From Eledone cirrhosa (lineage: Eukaryota), in contig OZ024748.1 in assembly GCA_964016885.1 (NCBI GenBank), positions 11,780,001-11,844,000 on the forward strand: a stretch of DNA of 64,000 nucleotides. Reading direction: 5' to 3'. Position 1 is the first letter of the stretch; each line of letters starts with the position of its first letter. Below, in pieces: positions 29,803 through 43,500 of the stretch. A program made the translations under genes and the position numbers. The notes beneath the pieces are model-generated. The model saw nothing but the letters and a program-made list of their open reading frames with translations, ran no database searches and was not told the DNA's origin.

Positions 29803-30339
29803 TGTGTGTGTATATGTTTGTGTGTGTGTGTGCGCGTGCGTGTGCCTGTGTCTGAGTGTGTGCATGCATATGTATAAAGTAATAAAAATTCTTTGCTTAA
29901 ACTTCTATTCTGTACTAGTAATAAATAAATAAATATATGTATGTGCGTGTGTGTGCGCGCGCGCGTCTGTAACATGCCTAAAGGATTGAAATGTCAAAAT
30001 TGGTAAAGTCATACAAAGAATTTCCAAGGTCAATGTGTTTCTACAATCCGCAAATAGAGCCAACCGAGTCATCCAAGGTTCAGGAAATAAATTCGGGATA
30101 TCGTACGAGTGAAAGGACACAGAACCGTTTAAATGAGAGATTCTCAAAGCGGGCGATACCAACCCCCAGAGGGTGTTGAGAAGGGTATTTCTTTGGTTGG
30201 TTTGGGGTTTTTTCGGCATTATTTTCATCCGAAATGTTTCTTACAGTTAAAATTGCAGGAAATACTCTCAAACAAGATGGCGGATATTTAGGTATATTTT
30301 GAAAAAACATGAACAGAAGATATAAGATGAAAGAACCCA

Positions 30340-30620
30340 GAAAACTGCCGAATTACAGCAGGCAGCGTCGATTTAACAACATCTACAAACTATTTGGAAA
30401 TATAAAACGATTGACGATAGCAACACATATTCGTTTTCTAAGAGGTAATAGTAATTTTCAACTGCAGTTTATGGCTGTGAATTATGGACGTTAGATGGTG
30501 AAAGTGAGAAAACGATAACTGCCTTTCAAATGACATGTTGTAGAAAGATGTAGATAGAAAAACATTGAAGTAACGAGAGTGTAAGGAAATAATTTGAGGA
30601 AAGATTGTGAACTACAAACA
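30340..30620 (+). mobile_element. degraded RTE LINE fragment
   Basis: YGCELWTLDGESEKTITAFQMTCCRKM in one frame, with stops and frameshifts around it. Confidence 0.7.
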
Positions 30621-30742
30621 ATTTTCTGTCGATTCTTATAAGGAAAATATACTAACTTCGTTTATATATATATACAGGGTGTTCCACAAAATGTATACAC
30701 AACATTTTAAAAAAATGCATCAAAATAAATTCTGTTTTATAT

Positions 30743-30924
30743 GCGCGGTGGATTGGCAGTATCCGTAGAGGGTCGGACGCTCTGCTTTGCAGCATAGAGT
30801 TATGATCTGAGTGCAAATCCCGCCGAGGTTAACTTTGCCTTTCATCCTTTCGGGGTCGATAAAATAAAGCACCAGTAATGCACTGAGATAATTGCTGGCC
30901 TTGTACCAAAAGTAGAAACAATTA
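30743..30924 (+). mobile_element. SINE family A
   Basis: Near full-length copy inside a MITE. Confidence 0.88.
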
Positions 30925-30983
30925 TTTAAATTATGTAATACATACAATTGAATTATGTCTGTAGATCATTTTATTTTGGGAAA

Positions 30984-31325
30984 GGAGGCACATGGCTTAG
31001 TGGTTAGAGCATTGGTCTTGCAATCGAAAGGTTGTGAGTTCAATTCTCAAACCGGGTGATGTGTTGTTTCCTTGAGCAAGACACTTTATTTCACATTGCT
31101 CCAGTTTACTCAGCTGTAGAAATGAGATGGTAGGGACTGGGATCCATATCATTCCACTGCAAAGTGGTCGTGGAGGTGCCACGGCAAAAAAGCACCCAGC
31201 ACTCACTGTAAATGAGGTTGGTGTTAGGAAGGGCATCCAGCTGTAGAAATCAAGCCAGAATCAGTTCCCGTCCCACCCTTGCAAGCAGGGAAAAGCGGAC
31301 GTAAAATGAAGTGATGATGATGATG
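30984..31325 (+). mobile_element. SINE family B with RTE-like (ATG)n tail
   Basis: Same head and core; ends ggaaaagcggacgtaaaatgaagtgatgatg. Confidence 0.82.
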
Positions 31326-32672
31326 AAAGGCTGTGCATTCTAATAAATATTGCCTGTACAGCTAATCAAAGTGTATATACTTTATTTTTTTAGACACTGT
31401 ATTATTAAGGCTAAATAGTGAGTTTTGTTATCTGGAGTTTCACCTGCTTCTCACGGGGTCGTGTCATTAGACAAGTCTATATCGGTATTTGATACTCTTT
31501 TCTCATGGCCGTCAACTTCATACGTATACATATATATTGATATATTCGAAGGAAACGACAAACAGAGGTACAGTCTTCTTAGTTTCACGCTTTATATGGA
31601 AAAGGGGAAAGTTCGACTTGACGAGCTTTAGCTTTTCTTCCAGGGCACAAAGGGTGTGTGTGTGTGTGTGTGTCTGCGCGCGCAGAAATTTCAGTAAATC
31701 CACAGATTTGATGTGTTAACACTGGTCTGAGGATCCGGCGAGTCTTGGAGTCTGGTCGGGGGGGGGGCATCCCAGATCACGAGCCAGCTGTTTGAGAAAC
31801 AGAAACATTTGTAACCAGGATTGAGCAATAAATCTCCTATGAAACACATCCACTTTGTTCTTATTATATATTATATATAATATATAGTGTAGTATAGTTA
31901 ATACGAAGCATGAGATATGTCATGAAAGACCGATAATTTTCAGAAAGCCGATACAATGTGGTAGAAATATATAAAGGGTAAAGGATGGCAATAAAACAAA
32001 ACAAAGTAATGTTTTACCCAATATATTTCAACAAGATATTTCAGGGATATAACCCACTTTTCAAATGTGAAACAAAAACGAACCATTAATGTGCTCTTCC
32101 TTAACTAGTCCACGTGACTGAAATTCGCATGCGTGGAATCATTATATGTAACAAATAAGATGTGTGTATATGTGTGTATTTTACTTTCGTAAATTTCTTT
32201 TTATACATACATATCGCTATTTCAAATTTGCGTGCGGATTTTTAGAAATAAATTTTTTTTTCACTTTCTCAATCTATTGCATTTCAATGTTTTGTAAGAG
32301 CATGTGATATTTTTTATATATTTTCATCATCTTGATATATCTACATACATTATTTAGCTATATTCCTGTCGTGTTTCTCTTTTCCTATTTACAATTTTCA
32401 TTTAATATTTTAAGTTTTCTTTCGCCGTTTTTTTTACATATATATATATATATATATATAAAATATTTGGTCGATTATTTTTTAAATGTGCCGTTAACTT
32501 TCTGATTATATATATATATATATATATATATATAATCAAAATGTTAACCGCACATTTATATATATATATACATACACAAACATCTTGTGCGAAGCTCCTA
32601 TTTTCGAGGAAATAAATTTATAAGATGGAAGAAGCTCAGACGCAGAAAATAACTGCAATTAGAGTCAGTTGC

Positions 32673-32714
<42 letters not shown>

Positions 32715-33110
32715 AAAAATAGATTTCAGATTTCAAACTTCCAGCTTTCTATTTCATATATTTCAATTCTTCACATAAATACATTTTAACTTTAAAATGT
32801 CCAATAGAAGCTTTCACTCTCATCTAATGCATTTTATATTTTTATTTTCATTAGATTTATAAATTTAGTTTAATATTTACACTTCTGTATTTCCACACAC
32901 ACACACACACATATATATATTATATATATATATATGTATGGCAAAAATAAACCTCGTGTTAAGTTGATTGACAAAAGTATTGAACCATAAAAAACTCACT
33001 AAAATACAATTAAATAATAAAATCACATTTAAATAAATGCTAAAACATACACCATAAAATATGTAGAGAATGAATATATATATATATAATTTCGTTTCAT
33101 TCTATTCTCC

Positions 33111-33165
<55 letters not shown>

Positions 33166-33510
33166 TATATAGAGAGGGAGAATAGAATGAAACGAAATTT
33201 CATTTCTCACTCTTATTACGGCACTTACTTAAATGTAAGTATGTATACGTACATACATATATGTATACAGACGTACAGTAGTATGTATATATATACACAC
33301 ATGCTCACATATATATATGCACGTATCGGTTTACCGAACATTTATTATAATGCTCGGTTTGTTTGTTTGCAAACCGATACGTGCATATATATATATGTGT
33401 GCATGTGTGTATATATATATACATACTACTGTACGTCTGTATACATATATGTATGTACGTATACATACATACATACTACTGTACGTCTGTATACATATAT
33501 GTATGTACGT

Positions 33511-33556
<46 letters not shown>

Positions 33557-33590
33557 CATATATATATATATATACACACACATATATATG

Positions 33591-33916
33591 TGAAGGCGCA
33601 TGGCTTAGTGATTAGAGCATTGAGTTTGCAATCGAAAGGTCATGAGTTCGATTCTCGGAGCGGGTGATGCGTTGTGCAAGACACTTTATTATTTCACGTT
33701 CTTCCAGTTTACTCAGCTGTAAAAATGAGTTGCGACTGATGCCAAGCTGTATCTGCCATAGCGTTTCCCTTGCACATCATCGGTTGCGTGGAGAGGGGGG
33801 AGACTGGAATGCATGGGGGACTGCTGGTCTTCCACACACAAATCTTGCCGCCCAGGCTTGTGTTTCTGAGGGGAACTTTCAAGGTGCAAAACCATGGTCC
33901 TTCGTGACCGAAAGGG
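33591..33916 (+). mobile_element. SINE family B, tail type ii
   Basis: tgaaggcgcatggcttagtg..gagttcgattc..caagacactttat..gggaactttc. Confidence 0.85.
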
Positions 33917-34223
33917 ATCAACGATATATATATATATCTATACAAATATAAATTAGCGAGAATCGTATTTCGGCCTAGGAATTAACGAAAAACAACTTCC
34001 GAGATGTGTGGTAAGCGCTCAATGATTCAGATAAACCAGAGCTACAACATACGTTAAAGGCCAAACACACTGAGACGATGGTTAAACAATCATCCGCACA
34101 ACCAAATATATATATATATATATATGATTTAGGAAGCTCAGACGCAGAAAGTAACTGCAATTGAGGTCGGGGGGGGGGGGTCTTTTAATATGGCAACTGA
34201 CTGCTTCCTCGACGTTTATATAT

Positions 34224-34293
<70 letters not shown>

Positions 34294-35099
34294 ATACATA
34301 TGAAAGTTTCTTTCAATTTCTGTATGAACTGTTTACACGATACTTAACCACAGGTTTCCATTTATGTTTAATTTTGAGAGTTCAATTTGATATACTTCAA
34401 TATTTTCGGAATTCTGATATCAAACTTTTTTTTACCTGTACCTCGTGAGTGTCGTAGGGGCGCCGTATTGACATACATCATGTCATGGGGGGGGTATTTC
34501 TAAACCTGGCGGAGCTCATCTCCTCTCCAGGCCCAAGTACAGCAGATTTCTTCCAGAGAAGGAGAGAGAGAAAATGAGAAAGAGATATAGGGGAAGAATC
34601 GACCCAGTACTAGACTGGTACTTTTTTTTTTAAATTGACCTCAAATGGATGAAAGGCTAAGTTGACCACAGTGGGATTAGAACTGAGAGAGTAGAGAGCT
34701 TGAATAGATACTACGAAGTATTCTGACATTCTAACAACTCTGCCATGATACCAAACTAATAAACATAAAATTCCTCTTTGTCACACACTCTCATCTTTTT
34801 AAAAGCGTATTTTACTGAAAATATCAAAACTAAATTAAATATTTCTATGGTAACATTCAAATATTTTTGTTAATAATCATTATTAATATTAATATTCCAA
34901 GGGTGGACATGCTTTATGCCTCTTTACGATCATAGTTCAAATCCTACCGAGGTTAGCTTTGCCATTCATCTTTACAGGGTCGATAAAATAAAGTACCAGT
35001 AATGCACTGGAGTCAATTTAATCGACTTTCCATTCCCCCAAAATTGTTGACCTGTCTAAATCAGAAACGAATATAAATTTTCCAACTACATTACTTTAG

Positions 35100-36020
35100 C
35101 CGTCTATAGCCTTCTATATTACATCTCTATAGCCCTCTCTAACATCACTATAGCCTTCTATATTACATCTCTATAGCCTTCTGTAACACATCACTATAGC
35201 CTTCTATAATATCACTAAAGCCTTCTATATTACATCTCTATAGCCCTCTCTAACATCACTAAAGCCTTCTATATTACATCTCTATAGCCCTCTCTAACAT
35301 CACTAAAGCCTTCTATATTACATCTCTATAGCCTTCTCTAACATCACTAAAGCCTTCTATATTACATCTCTATAGCCTTCTGTAACATCACTATAGCCTT
35401 CTCTAACATCACTAAAGCCTTCTATATTACATCTCTATAGCCTTCTCTAACATCACTATAGCCTTCTATATTACATCTCTATAGCCTTCTATATTACATC
35501 TCTATAGCCTTCTATAACACATCACTATAGCCTTCTATAACACATCACTATAGCCTTCTATAACACATCACTATAGCCTTCTATATTACATCTCTATAGC
35601 CCTCTCTAACACATCTCTATAGCCTTCTATAACACATCACCACAGCCTTCTTTATTACATTTCTATAGCCTTCTATAACACACCACTACCATCTTCTATA
35701 ATACAACACTACATTCTTCTATAATACAACACTATATCCTCCTCTAACACCACTACAACCTTCTATAACACATTGCTACCATCTTCTATAATACAATACT
35801 ATAGCCTTCTCTAACACACCAATTATAACATCACTATAGCGTTCTCTAACACACCACTACAGCCTTCTATAATACAACACTATATCCTTCTCTAACACAT
35901 TGCTACCATCTTCTATAATACAATACTATAGCCTTCTCTAACACACTGCTACAACGTTCTATAACACATCACTACAAACCACTACAGCCTTCTATAATAT
36001 CTCTATAGTCTTCTATAACA
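35100..36020. repeat. degenerate ~20-23-bp minisatellite
   Basis: ctatagccttctatattacatct and ctctaacatcact variants. Confidence 0.9.
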
Positions 36021-36930
36021 GTTTTCCCAATAAAATATACATTTCTTGTTTTTTTCTTTTTCTTTTTTATTAATTTTTTTTGTTGATGTTTCTTTTCTGA
36101 AATCTTAAAATTATTTTCACATTATTTTACATAATTTGTTTTTATTTTCATCACCATTGTTGTGTTACTTTCCTCAGATGAGTTTCCGCACATGGTTTGA
36201 TAGATACAACAGCAGAAATTAACTTTATCACAACTACAGATAGAGAAAAATGTAGTCCTTTTTTTATTTTTATTATTATCATTATTATTATCATTATTAT
36301 TACCATTATTGTTATTATTGTCATCATTAGTCATTGATATTTAGCTTTTGTTTTATGTTTTTTTGTTTGTTGCTTGTTTGTTTTTTTGTTAAATCATTTA
36401 ATATTACATATTGTTTCTTTCTTCGTAAGGGAATGGTGATTGTGATATTACGATGAAAGATGATGAAAGATGGCGATGGCGATGATGATGATGATGAGGA
36501 TGATGATGACAATGATGATGAAAGAAGTAAGAGGAATAAAAGAGAAAAAAAAAAAAAAAAAAACAGCCGTTATAATATAATGAAGATGAAAATGAATACG
36601 AATACAATGATGATGATGGTGATGATGATGAGCTGATTACAATGATGATGATGATGGTGGTAATAGTGATGATGGTGGTGGTGGTTATGTAAAGGTGTTT
36701 ATCTCAATTATACACCTGTTTTTATTTGTTTTGTAATTTTTTTCATGTCTTGTGTTGTTGTCTGCCCTTGGTCTGTATTAACAGGGATTATCTCCCCTTC
36801 AATCCTAAATCCAAACCACGCGGTGAAGCAATCGGGAAAATAACCAAGTACTGGCAATAATCAACACATGTACCTGTCTCAACTCTACCACAGCAGCAAT
36901 ATACACACACACACACACACACATGTATAT

Positions 36931-36993
<63 letters not shown>

Positions 36994-37200
36994 CACGTAT
37001 ATGTGTGTGCATGTTTGTGTATGCATGTATATGTATATGTGTGTGTGTGTGTTAATGGATGTATGTATACGTGTGTGTGTGTGGGTGTGTGTGTGCGTGT
37101 GTGTGTTGATGATATACACACATACACGCACAAAGAGCGAGAGATAAAAATATAACACGAGCTGCTGTCTGTGTTTGGGTATCTGTCTGTCTGTCACAAT

Positions 37201-37320
37201 TTAATCACTGTCTTCGTCAATGGTTGCTGATGTACCAGATGATGCTGCTGCCGCTGCTGCTGCTGCTGCTGGTGCTGATCCTTTCTTCCGCTTCTTCGGT
37301 TTTGGTTTCACATCTTCTTC
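37201..37320 (-). CDS. INTS3: INTS3 last coding exon ([18 protein letters not shown]9[13 protein letters not shown])
   Basis: TAG acceptor at 37321-37323, basic NLS-like tract, TAA stop at 37201-37203. Confidence 0.92.
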   Translation of the reverse strand, partial: EEDVKPKPKKRKKGSAPAAAAAAAAASSGTSATIDEDSD

Positions 37321-40300
37321 CTAAAGTAAGAAAAACATTATTGTACACACACACATACAATATATTCTCTACATATGTATACACACACACACACACACAC
37401 AATATATTCTCTACATATGTATACACACACACACATACAATATATTCTCTACATATGTATACACACACACACACATACATACAATATATTCTCTGCATAT
37501 AATAATAATTGTTTCTACTTTTGGCACAAGGCCAGTAATTGCCCAGTGTATTACTGGTACTTTATTTTATCGACCCCGTAAGGATGAAAGGCAAAGTTAA
37601 CCTCGGCGGGATTTGAACTCAGAATGGCAAGGGCCGTAACTCTATGCGTCAAAGCATGGCGTCCGACCCTCTACCGATACTGCCAATAATAATGAAATAT
37701 TGTGTACAGTGCTCAGGTGCACTACAACTCATCAAAAAGTGTATGTATAGTACATAGGGTAATGTACAAACGTCAGGAAAATGAACAGTGCATGAGTCAT
37801 GATATACACGTGTGCATGTGTATGGAAGGGGTACATCAGGTGTAGTTTTGGCGTATTTCGGGAAGCATGAGGGTTTTAAAAGATGCAGTGTCTCGGCAGC
37901 TAACAACTGACGCAGGCAGTTTGTTCCATGCTTCAGCAACTCTGAGCGTGAAAAAATGTTTTCGAAAGTCATGAGAGCTGTGCTGTTTTCTGACTTTGTA
38001 GGCATGTCCACGTGTGTTAGACACATGGAGATCAAAAAGGTGCTCAGGGTTGTTGTTGGCGAGATGGTTAATAACTTTGTGGGTGTATTGTATGTGTGCG
38101 TATATTCTCTACATATGTATACACACACACACATACAATATATTCTCTACATATGTATACACACACATACAATATATTCTCTACATATGTATACATACAT
38201 ACAATATATTCTCTGCATATGTATACACACACATATAATATATTCTCTGCATATGTAAACATACACACAATATATTCTCTACATATGTATACACACATAC
38301 AATATATTCTCTACATATGTATACACACACACATACAATATATTCTCTACATATGTATACACACACACATACAATATATTCTCTACATATGTATACACAC
38401 ACATACAATATATTCTCTACATATGTATACATACATACAATATATTCTCTGCATATGTATACACACACATACAATATATTCTCTGCATATGTATACACAC
38501 ACATACAATATATTCTCTGCATATGTATACACACACATACAATATATTCTCTGCATATGTAAACATACACAGACATACAATATATTCGCTACATATGTAT
38601 ACATACACATACACAAAATATATTCTCTAACAGTTTGTTATAGTTTATCAAATAATAAGCTATAGCAAACTGGACATTTAACCAACACAGCCAGTCTAAC
38701 TTCGGGACACGAGATGAGATCATCATTTGCAATCAACACAACTGGACGTAGTAAAGCAGTGACCACATGTAACATAAGTGACCACATGTAACATAAGTGA
38801 CAACATGTAACCATAAGTGACCACATTTCACATCTGGCCTGGGGCTATCACTAACTTTGGGGGGGGGGGGGGACTACATCTCACATCTGGCCTAAGATTA
38901 TTACCAGCTTTGTATGGACCTGTTCAATTTATTTGTTTAAAATGAGGGGAGGAGGAGAAAACTATCTGCCTTACTCACCTCAGCTTGGGCAGATCTTTAT
39001 GAACTAAGGGTAGACAACTCTAGCTGCCTTACTTCAGTACTGGATGTATTGGAGGTGTTAAAAGGGCGGTCTGCCTTACCTCAACTACTGTGGGTTTATT
39101 ATCAAATAAAGAGGGAGATAACTAGGTTTGCCTTCCTTATTGCCACAATTCACGAAGGTGGTTAAGAATTAAAGAGAAACGACTCTGTATTACTCACCTC
39201 ACTGGTGCTTGCTTCGCTCTCCGTTTCCTCTTTCTTTACTTTAATCACTTTAGCCGATGAATTGTCGCGAGTTCTTCGTCCTCGGAGTACCCGAGTAGTC
39301 TTCATGTCATCAAAGTCTTCAGCCAGGGCCAGTAAGTCACTGTATCTGGTGAACAACAACAACAACAACATCATCATATACATATCATGTAATATAAAAT
39401 TAAATCTAAAGTCTGTCTTGAACCCGGAAGCTCATCAGATCGGTGCTTATCCTGGTTTCCATGGCGTTAAGTAACTGAGAGCACAAGACTCCCCCCATCC
39501 CTGGACAAGACGTCAATCCATCGCGGGATTAAACCCCCAGCTATTACTGGTATTCATTTTCAGCTGAGTATATTGGAATAACATGAATTGAAGTATTTTG
39601 CACAAGAACACAACACACAACCCAGTCCAGGAATCGAACCCACCACAATTCATGTTTATATTCTACATTAATTTTCTATACTGATATTTCTATATTTATA
39701 CATCAATATTCTATACTCACATTCTTATAATTCTTCTATATTCCTTTATCATTCTTCTGCATTCACATTCCTATATTCCTGTTCTATATTAATCTAATCT
39801 TCTATACACACATTCTCCTATATTAATCTTACAAGAATGTGTAATGGCTGTAATCTTATTGTGAAAATAAAGAGTAAAGGGTAAAAATGTTTATATCACT
39901 TACTTGGTTTTCTGTACTTCAGATGCTGTCATTTGTACCTGCTGTAGGGCATGTTGCATGCTTTCATGGTTCAAAACTAGAGTAAGGAAATATAAATATA
40001 TATATATTATATTATAATTGTTTCTACTTTTGGCACAAGGCCAGCAATTACCCAGTGCATTACTGGTACTTTATTTTATCGACCCCGTAAGGATGAAAGG
40101 CAAAGTTAACCTCGACGGGATTTGAACTCAGATTTGGCCGTAACTTTATGCGTCAAAGCATGGCGTCCGACCCTCTACCGATACTGCCAATCCATATATT
40201 ATAATATAATATTATATAATATGGGGCTAACCAACCAGGGAAGTGCAAACCCCATTTTAGTTGGTCGGCTATGATGCAGATAAGAATGAACAGCTCAACG

Positions 40301-40471
40301 ATTTTATCTCCATGATATATAAATGTATGTATGTAGGAAATCCATAGGCTTTTTGTCCTCGCACCTGATGAGAGGTCAGTATTGAAACCGCTCCTCCCAG
40401 TAGTGGCCATAACTGGACTCCGAAACCCATGGTCGCACATCCATATAAAGCGGACGTAAAATGATGATGAT

Positions 40472-40502
<31 letters not shown>

Positions 40503-43500
40503 ATATACATATATATACATATACACACACACACACACACTGATACAAGTATTGCTACTTAAACATGTCAATACCACACACACACAGACGTAAGTGTGGC
40601 TACTTACAAGAGACATTCCGACATACCACCCTCATATGGTCCAGATGGGCGAGAACTTGGTCTGGTGTTGGCATGTTATCTCGCTTGGCCGAATTATTCC
40701 TGAAACACACAAAGTTCAACAATCGCAGTTAATCTAATTCAGTTTAATTCTATATAAGCATATAGATGTAGAAGAAAGACGCAGTAGAGGAAGACAACGA
40801 AAAACATGGGCGGAGGTGGTGAGAGCAGACCTCCGATCGCTGAAGCTCACGGAGGAGATGACGAAGGACCGTGACAAGTGGAGAGATGCTGTGCTGAATA
40901 GGACCCGCAGGGAAAAGCGGACGTAAAATGATGATGATAAATATATATCTATATATACGTAAATATATATAAAAAAGTGTAAAGTCCCCCTTTGGTCACA
41001 AATGACCATGGGATTTGCACCTAGAAAGTTCCCCCTCTGAGGCACAAGTCCAATGTTGTTCAACTTGGTACCAGTGACGTTGTGACTCATCTCTTCAGTT
41101 GAGTGAACTAGAGCAACGTTAAATAAAGCGTCTTGCTCAAGAACACAATGCAAAGCCGGTTCCAAGGATCGAACTCACAACCGCGTAATCATAAGCCTGA
41201 TGCTCTAACCTCTAAGCCATGTGCCTTCACACTCACACAATATATATATATATATGGTTATGTAGTGTAGAAAGCTTGCTAACCTAGGGGTTAGGAAGAC
41301 CTTTCAATTTGTGTCAAAAGACAGGACAACTTCTCCTCTGCAGTCGATATGACCGCATGTAAATCAGATACAGTCACTCCAGCTTGTCTAGGAGGTCAGT
41401 AGCCCCACTTCAGTACTGACTTCATCTATGGTGGTGACGGTAATGATGATGATGATGATGATGATAAAGAGCAATGCTTACCTCTGCCGTTTCTTAGGTG
41501 TGCTGTTAGATTTAGCTAGAAGGTTGTACAACAACTCTGCCAACCGATCCTCATATTCATGTGCCCAGTTCTTGATGATGGACACCGTAAATAAGTCCTG
41601 TTTCTTGTATTCTCGACACATTAATGGTCGCAACAACTCAGCGGTAGGGCTGAAAGTAACAAGTAAAAGGTACCAGTTATATTATGGGAGAGGAAGGTCT
41701 TCCAGTGGTCTAGCATCACAACATGACTATGCATCTAACCCAAACAAACATATGGAAAATAAACATTAAACAGTGATGATACACGATTACACACATATAA
41801 TCACATACAATCCCACACACACATGTAATCCCATACACACACACATGTAATCCCATACACACACATGCAAAATCCCATACACACATGTAATCCCATACAC
41901 ACACATGCAAAATCCCACACACAAACATACAATCCCACACACACATGTAATCCCATATACACACATGTAATCCCATACACACACATGCAAAATCCCATAC
42001 ATACACATACAAAATCCCACACACAAACATACAAAATCCCACACACAAACATACAATCCCACACACACATGTAATCCCATATACACACACATACAATCCC
42101 ACACACACATGTAATCCCATATACACACACATGTAATCCCATACACACACATGCAAAATCCCACACACAAACATACAATCCCACAAAATAAATAATCTGA
42201 AGGTTAGACTTACCACTCCTGTTTCAGCAATATCATGATACTGGCAAGCGCTTCCGAATGAGCTGTAGAGAGAGAGAAAGATATACATATATATATATAT
42301 ATTGATATATATATATATTGATATATATATATATTGATATAAATATATATATAGGAGGTGAGTTTTATTGTAGTACAATAAAGCAATGCAGATATCGGAT
42401 AAGAAGCACTCTACAGTTTGTAGGACTGGAGTATACATAATATATAAGATCAAAAGATGGTTAAATGAGTTCCATGTATTTTATTATGCGCATTTCAAAA
42501 ACAAATATCATCATGCAATAACATTTGTGTTTTCATCAGATAAAATAGGAGGACATGATATGAAGGTTAAAAACACTTGTGGATAGTGCAGTGGATATGT
42601 TGATTTAAAACTGCACTATCCACAAGTGTTTTTAACCTTCATATCATGTCCTATTTTATCTGATGAAAACACAAATGTTATTGCATGATGATATTTGTTT
42701 TTGAAATGCGCATAATAAAATACATGGAACTCATTTAACCATCTTTTGATCTTATATATAATATGATATAAATATATATATATATATATATATAACTGGT
42801 GATATGCTATTATATCCAGTTATAATCAGTTATAACCAGTTGTAAACTTCGCTTTTTGTTTTCATTGTTCAACACACACATATATATATAAATACACATA
42901 TATACATATACACATATATATACAACGATAGAGAGAGAAATGTATGTATATGTATATATGTCTGTCTGTGTGTGTGTGTGTCTTCTTCCGACTTCTCAAA
43001 TAACAAAAGTCACACTTACTACAAAATTCCAGTTTAGGTAAGACAGGCATGATGTGTTCAACAGGTATACTATGGGCCGTGATTAACTGCCACAAGAAAT
43101 ATTGTTCAATGGTTTCCCATTCCAAACTGGCATCTGGTGGGGTGGAAATGGGTGGAGAAGAGAAAATTAATAACGACAACAGCAACAACAAAATCAAAGA
43201 TAAATGCCACATCTTTTGGCATTAAAGTTGTTCTGATCTCCGAGACATCTTAATTTCAACTTCAATCACAGCTCCTATACTATGGACATGTGGTTGGAAT
43301 GTCTCAGGAAAGAATCGCTGGACAGATTTTATGGATAAAAACCAATCAGCTAGAAACCCAGGGGTAGACCCAGAGCAAGATGGTTGGATAACATCCATGA
43401 GCTCAGCTGGTCACATGTGGGGATCCAGTCCGATCTATTGGAAGGAGTGTTTGGTGAAAATAGTCAATATATTGACAACCTCATAGTAGGCCAGCTAAAC

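Larger units (their letters stand above)
37340..38630. repeat. ~34-40-bp minisatellite interrupted by SINE plus CR1
   Basis: acaatatattctctacatatgtatacacac on both sides of 37501-38100. Confidence 0.9.

Noticed and set aside
30137-31802. ttctcaaa ... tttgagaa as TIRs of one hAT element
   Set aside because: The match is only 8 bp with no TSD, and the interior is made of unrelated elements.
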